Below, piece by piece: positions 60,034-64,000 of a stretch of DNA of 64,000 nucleotides; within the stretch, counting starts at the first letter, position 1; each line of letters starts with the position of its first letter. Source of the DNA: Acidimicrobiales bacterium (GTDB lineage: Bacteria; Actinomycetota; Acidimicrobiia; Acidimicrobiales; Palsa-688); contig DATJSU010000053.1 in assembly GCA_035503915.1 (NCBI GenBank), forward strand, positions 69,327 through 133,326. Direction: 5' to 3'. A model generated the notes under the pieces. It was not told the origin of the DNA and made no database searches. It saw only the letters and a list, made by a program, of their open reading frames with translations. A program made the translations under genes and the position numbers.

Positions 60034-61242
60034 GTGCCGGCGTTCGTTTTCCCAGGGCAGGGCTCCCAGGGGCCTGGGATGGGGCGCCCGTGGCAGGAGC
60101 ACCCGTCGTGGGACGTCGTCCAGGATGCCTCGGAGCTCGCGGGACGAGACGTCGAGCACCTATTGCTCGACGCTGGGCCTGAGGAGCTGGCGGAGACCCG
60201 TAACGCTCAGCTCGCCACCTTTGTCATGGGCCTGGTGGTCCTGGACGCAGTCGAGCGGTTAGGCATCGAGCCGACGGCGTGCGCCGGCCACAGCCTCGGC
60301 GAGTACACGGCGCTCGTAGCGGCTGGGGCAATTGGCTTCGAGGACGCTGTGAGGCTGGTAGCTGAGCGGGGGGAGGCGATGCAGGAAGCGGCAGAGGAAA
60401 ACCCCGGGGTGATGCTCGCCATCGCAGGTGTGGACGACGAAATGGCACGCATCGCGTGCCGGAGGGCCGACGGGGACGTCTGGCTCGCCAACTCAAACGC
60501 TCCCGGCTGGTGCGTCATCGCAGGGCGCCCCGAGTTCGCGCGGCGTGCGGCAGGCATAGCTTTGGAGCTCGGCGCGACGCGGGTGAGCGAGGTCGCAGTA
60601 AGGGGTGCCTTTCACACACCGCTCATGGCGACAGCGCAACCCAGGCTGCGCAAGGCGCTCGAGGGCACGACTTTCCACCCCCTGGCGGTGCCGGTCGTGG
60701 CCAACGTTGATGCCCTTCCCCACCCTTTGGCCCAGGACTGGCCGTCGCTACTGTCCGCGCAGCTACGCAGCCCCGTGCGCTGGCGCCAGACAGTACTCTC
60801 GCTCGCAAGTGTCATGCGTACGACCGACTGGGACGGGGATGCGCTCTTTTGCGAACTGGGACCGGGCGGCCCACTGGCGGAAATGGTCCGCTTGACAGTC
60901 CCCGAAGCCGAGACACTGGCGATCGCCGTCCCCGACGACTTGGACAGCCTCGTCGGGACGCTGACGGGCGAAGGCCCCTTCGCGAACCTGAGCTCGGACG
61001 GGCACCAGGGCGAGCGGCTTTACGTGTCGGAGCGCCTCATCATCAGCCCAACCGCGGGCCTCTTTGAGCACCCCGAAGGCGCTTGTTCTCCCGGCGAAAC
61101 GATTGGTACGGGAGACCTCGTGGGCTTGGTTTCGGGCGCCGAAGTGAGGAGCCCCTTCGCGGGTGAGCTGATGGGCGTGCTGGCTCATCCTGGCGAGAGG
61201 GTCCAACCGGGGCAGCCAATCGCGTGGCTTCGGACTATTTAG
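60034..61242 (+). CDS. fabD: Malonyl-CoA:ACP transacylase FabD fused to a C-terminal lysine-less biotinyl/lipoyl-like barrel domain
   Basis: GHSLGE active site and full FabD core (~310 aa). A further ~90 aa resemble the BCCP biotinyl domain (SPTAGLF...GDLVGLVSGAEV...GVLAHPGERVQPGQPIAWL) but lack the AMK lysine. GTG start with GAAGGAGG 7 nt upstream. Confidence 0.85.
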   Translation: MPAFVFPGQGSQGPGMGRPWQEHPSWDVVQDASELAGRDVEHLLLDAGPEELAETRNAQLATFVMGLVVLDAVERLGIEPTACAGHSLGEYTALVAAGAIGFEDAVRLVAERGEAMQEAAEENPGVMLAIAGVDDEMARIACRRADGDVWLANSNAPGWCVIAGRPEFARRAAGIALELGATRVSEVAVRGAFHTPLMATAQPRLRKALEGTTFHPLAVPVVANVDALPHPLAQDWPSLLSAQLRSPVRWRQTVLSLASVMRTTDWDGDALFCELGPGGPLAEMVRLTVPEAETLAIAVPDDLDSLVGTLTGEGPFANLSSDGHQGERLYVSERLIISPTAGLFEHPEGACSPGETIGTGDLVGLVSGAEVRSPFAGELMGVLAHPGERVQPGQPIAWLRTI

Positions 61243-61266
61243 ACAAGAAAGCGAGCGCCCGAGAAA

Positions 61267-62268
61267 ATGCCAGCTGATTGTGGCTACGCGATAACGGGTT
61301 GGGCGAGCGCGCTCCCCGAGAGGGTCGTCACCAACTCCGACATCATGACCCTGTTCGACACGAGCGACGAGTGGATCGTCGAACGCACCGGGATCAGGCA
61401 GCGTCGGGCAGCAGACGGGCCCTTCGTGTCTCCCAGGCCAGGCCCGTCCCCCGCGAGCGGGATGGGCACGACGGCGCAGCTGGCCACCCGAGCCGGGCAG
61501 GCGGCAATGGAGCGTGCTGGCCTCACGGGGGCCGACATCGACCTGCTCATTTTGTGCACAACCAGCCCTGACCAGCTCGTGCCTGCAACGTCCTCGCCGG
61601 TCGCCAATGCTTTGGCGGTCAGAGGCGGGGGCATGGACATCAACGCTGCCTGTGCCGGGTTCACGTACGGGCTCGTGGCCGCAGCCGGGTTTGTTGCATC
61701 GGGAGCCGAGCGCGTTCTCCTGGTTGGCGCCGAGACGCTCACACGGATCACCAACTGGTCCGACCGGTCCAACGCCTTCCTTTTTGGCGACGGCGCGGGA
61801 GCCGTCGTCGTGGAGGCGGTGCCGGGCGAGCCGGCCATGCTCGGTTGGGACCTGGGCGTGGACGGGTCGCTCCAGCCGCTGTTTTACGCTGACCACGGCG
61901 GTGGCGGCATGACCATGCGCGGCCAGGAAGTCTTCCGCAAAGCCGTTCGCGTCACCGTCGACTCGGCGACAAAGACCCTAGAGCGGGCCAAGGTTACGGC
62001 GGACGACATAGCGCTCTTCGTACCGCACCAGGCGAACACCAGGATCATGGACGCAGTTGCGGAGCGGCTGGGGATCCCTTCTCGAAAGGTGGCGTCGGTC
62101 ATCGAAAGCACGGGCAACACTTCTTCGGCATCCATCCCCATCGCGCTCGCAGATGCCGTATCTTCGGGGCGGTTGTCCCAGGGGGACCTGGTATTGTTCG
62201 CCGGCTTCGGCGCCGGCATGACTTGGGCGTCGGCGGTATGGCGATGGGGCACGGGCCCGTCCAATTAG
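61267..62268 (+). CDS. fabH: 3-oxoacyl-ACP synthase III
   Basis: Catalytic Cys in AACAGF, with His and Asn motifs. Confidence 0.9.
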   Translation: MPADCGYAITGWASALPERVVTNSDIMTLFDTSDEWIVERTGIRQRRAADGPFVSPRPGPSPASGMGTTAQLATRAGQAAMERAGLTGADIDLLILCTTSPDQLVPATSSPVANALAVRGGGMDINAACAGFTYGLVAAAGFVASGAERVLLVGAETLTRITNWSDRSNAFLFGDGAGAVVVEAVPGEPAMLGWDLGVDGSLQPLFYADHGGGGMTMRGQEVFRKAVRVTVDSATKTLERAKVTADDIALFVPHQANTRIMDAVAERLGIPSRKVASVIESTGNTSSASIPIALADAVSSGRLSQGDLVLFAGFGAGMTWASAVWRWGTGPSN

Positions 62269-62304
62269 ATTGAGCCGGCACCGCTAAGAGCAAACGGAGG
62301 AGAC

Positions 62305-62556
62305 ATGGCAGAACAGATGGGCCCTGAGGAGTCATTTGACCTGTTCAGGCAGTGCGCGGTCGAGGTGCTTCAGGTCGAGCCTTCCAAGATCGTCCCCGAG
62401 GCGCGCTTTGCAGACGACCTCGACGCCGACAGCCTCGACCTCGTCGAGCTCGTGATGGCGCTCGAAGAGCGCTTCGGCATCGACGTGCCCGAGTCCGAGC
62501 TTGAGGGTGTCCAGACCGTGGGGCAGGCCTACGAACTGGTGACTTCGAAGCTCTAA
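62305..62556 (+). CDS. acpP: Acyl carrier protein
   Basis: DLDADSLDLVELVMALEE phosphopantetheine-attachment motif. Confidence 0.9.
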   Translation: MAEQMGPEESFDLFRQCAVEVLQVEPSKIVPEARFADDLDADSLDLVELVMALEERFGIDVPESELEGVQTVGQAYELVTSKL

Positions 62557-63773
62557 TGCTGGCGATAAACCCGGGGCCGGGGGGTGCCGGCGCGGTACCG
62601 GGCCGGCGGGTGGTCGTCACGGGGCTTGGCGTGGTCGCCTCCTGCGGCATCGGGCCGGCCGCCTTTTGGGACGGCCTGCTTGCCGAGGCACCAGTGGCGC
62701 GCGAGCGGCCCGTCGTGGGGCTCGACGTCAGCCACATCTTCGGGCCCAAAGAGCTGCGCCGGGCGGACCGCTTCGTGCAAATGGCTGCCGCCGCGGCCGA
62801 CCAGGCCGTCGCCGACGCGGGCGGCATCGAGGCCTTCCGCGGCGACCCCGACCGCGCCGGCTCGTACGTCGGGACAGGCGTTGGCGGCCTCGACACGATA
62901 TGCGAGCAGCACAAGGTCCTCCTGGAAAAGGGCCCTGACCGGGTAAGCCCTTTCCTCGTCCCGATGATCATGTGCAACCGCGCGGCGGCTGATATTTCCA
63001 TGCGTTATGGGCTTCGCGGCCCGTGCGAGACGACAGTCACTGCGTGTGCCGCGGGGAGCCAGAGCATCGCCAACGCGGCACGCCTGATAGCTACTGGCCG
63101 CTGTGACGTCATGCTCGCAGGGAGCAGCGAGGCGCCGCTCTCAGCGCTCGGTGTCGCAGGCTTCACCAACATGACGGCGCTCACCCGCTCGGGGGTGTCG
63201 ATGCCGTTCGACGTCGCTCGTGACGGCTTTGCGATCGGCGAGGGCGCCGGGGTGATCGTTCTCGAGGAGCGCGAGCGGGCTTTCGCCCGTGGGGCGCACA
63301 TTTACGCCGAGCTTGCGGGGGCTGCCAGCACGGCGGATGCCCACCACGTGACGGCACCGGCGCCTGACGGTAGCGGTGCCGCTCTCTGCATGCAGTTGGC
63401 GGTACAGGATGCCCAGCTCTCGCCGTCGGGGATAGCTCATGTCAACGCCCACGGGACGTCGACACCTCCGGGTGACGCGGCCGAGGCTGAGGCGATCTAC
63501 AAGGTCTTTGGCTCGCCGGGGCCGGCAGTGACTTCCATCAAAGGGGTCATCGGGCACACTTTGGCGGGTGCCGGGGCGATCGAGGCCGTCGCTGTCGCCC
63601 TCAGCATGCAGCATCGCCAAATCCCGCCCACCGCGGGGACTCGCAACATTGACCCAGCCTTCCAGTTGGACGTGGTGACCGGTGGGCCGAGGAACTGGGC
63701 GCCCGGGCCAGTCGTGTCCAACTCGTTCGGTTTTGGCGGGCACAATGGATGTCTGGTCTTCGTCCCGGCCTAG
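62556..63773 (+). CDS. fabF: 3-oxoacyl-ACP synthase II
   Basis: KAS-II Cys-His-His signature (CAAGSQ, HGTSTP, GHTLGAAG). Its ATG overlaps the acpP TAA. Confidence 0.9.
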   Translation: MLAINPGPGGAGAVPGRRVVVTGLGVVASCGIGPAAFWDGLLAEAPVARERPVVGLDVSHIFGPKELRRADRFVQMAAAAADQAVADAGGIEAFRGDPDRAGSYVGTGVGGLDTICEQHKVLLEKGPDRVSPFLVPMIMCNRAAADISMRYGLRGPCETTVTACAAGSQSIANAARLIATGRCDVMLAGSSEAPLSALGVAGFTNMTALTRSGVSMPFDVARDGFAIGEGAGVIVLEERERAFARGAHIYAELAGAASTADAHHVTAPAPDGSGAALCMQLAVQDAQLSPSGIAHVNAHGTSTPPGDAAEAEAIYKVFGSPGPAVTSIKGVIGHTLAGAGAIEAVAVALSMQHRQIPPTAGTRNIDPAFQLDVVTGGPRNWAPGPVVSNSFGFGGHNGCLVFVPA

Positions 63774-63788
63774 TCCGGGCCCCTCGGC

Positions 63789-64000
63789 TCAGGCGAGCGT
63801 TTTCAGCAGGTTTTCCGCGGTCCCCGTCGGCGAGACCTTGTACCAGGCGTGCTCGACCCGGCCGTCTGGTCCCAATAAGAACGCAGAGCGCTCGATACCC
63901 ATGTACTTGCGGCCGTACATGCTCCGCTCAACCCAGACGCCATAGGCTTCGGCGACCCCATGGTCCTCGTCGGAGAGCAGCGGGAACCCCAAGCCGTACT
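63789..64000 (-). CDS. bcp: Thiol peroxidase Bcp / peroxiredoxin, C-terminal part (gene runs off right edge)
   Basis: The C-terminal 67 aa match AhpC/TSA-family Bcp (GFPLLSD...AYGV...RSAFLLGPDGRVEHAW). Confidence 0.6.
   Translation of the reverse strand, partial: YGLGFPLLSDEDHGVAEAYGVWVERSMYGRKYMGIERSAFLLGPDGRVEHAWYKVSPTGTAENLLKTLA

Overview
This 64 kb window is about 70% GC and reads as actinobacterial-type chromosomal core, densely coded on both strands. Almost all of it is conserved housekeeping synteny. I found no CRISPR array, transposase, phage integrase context, rRNA gene or obvious defence island, and only one tRNA, tRNA-Leu(CAA). I see no compelling evidence for a wholly new multi-gene system; the gene order is:
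- infB(5' part)-ylxR-nusA-rimP, then an Smr-domain protein;
- ispG-rseP-dxr-cdsA-frr-pyrH-tsf-rpsB;
- a FliA/WhiG-type sigma factor and xerC;
- a NUDIX hydrolase followed directly by a PPK2 polyphosphate kinase;
- dprA-yifB-yraN, then DUF2469;
- rplS-trmD-rimM-KH-rpsP-ffh;
- a menaquinone cluster, menG-menF / menD / menH / menA / menE;
- a flotillin with a short NfeD partner, then a DUF255 thioredoxin-domain protein;
- three hypothetical proteins around an MFS transporter, then dnaE1;
- a bpa-like gene, a cold-shock-domain-like gene, hisG, mogA, rpe, rsmB, fmt and def;
- a divergent pair of RNA methyltransferases, then ltaE;
- two tandem paralogous membrane proteins and a repeat-containing membrane protein;
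- a GT39 glycosyltransferase and gltD;
- fabD-fabH-acpP-fabF and the 3' end of a bcp peroxiredoxin.
The most unusual items are:
- a tandem pair of paralogous membrane proteins apparently co-transcribed with a threonine aldolase;
- FabD fused to a lysine-less biotinyl-domain-like C-terminal module;
- CdsA with a possible ~317 aa acidic, disordered N-terminal extension;
- a zinc-ribbon-like small ORF antisense between yifB and yraN;
- a NUDIX-PPK2 tandem;
- a Bpa (proteasome activator) homologue next to a CSD-like gene that overlaps hisG;
- AT-rich promoter-like islands.
The ORF track also shows many long ORFs antisense to these genes; I treat them as high-GC artefacts.
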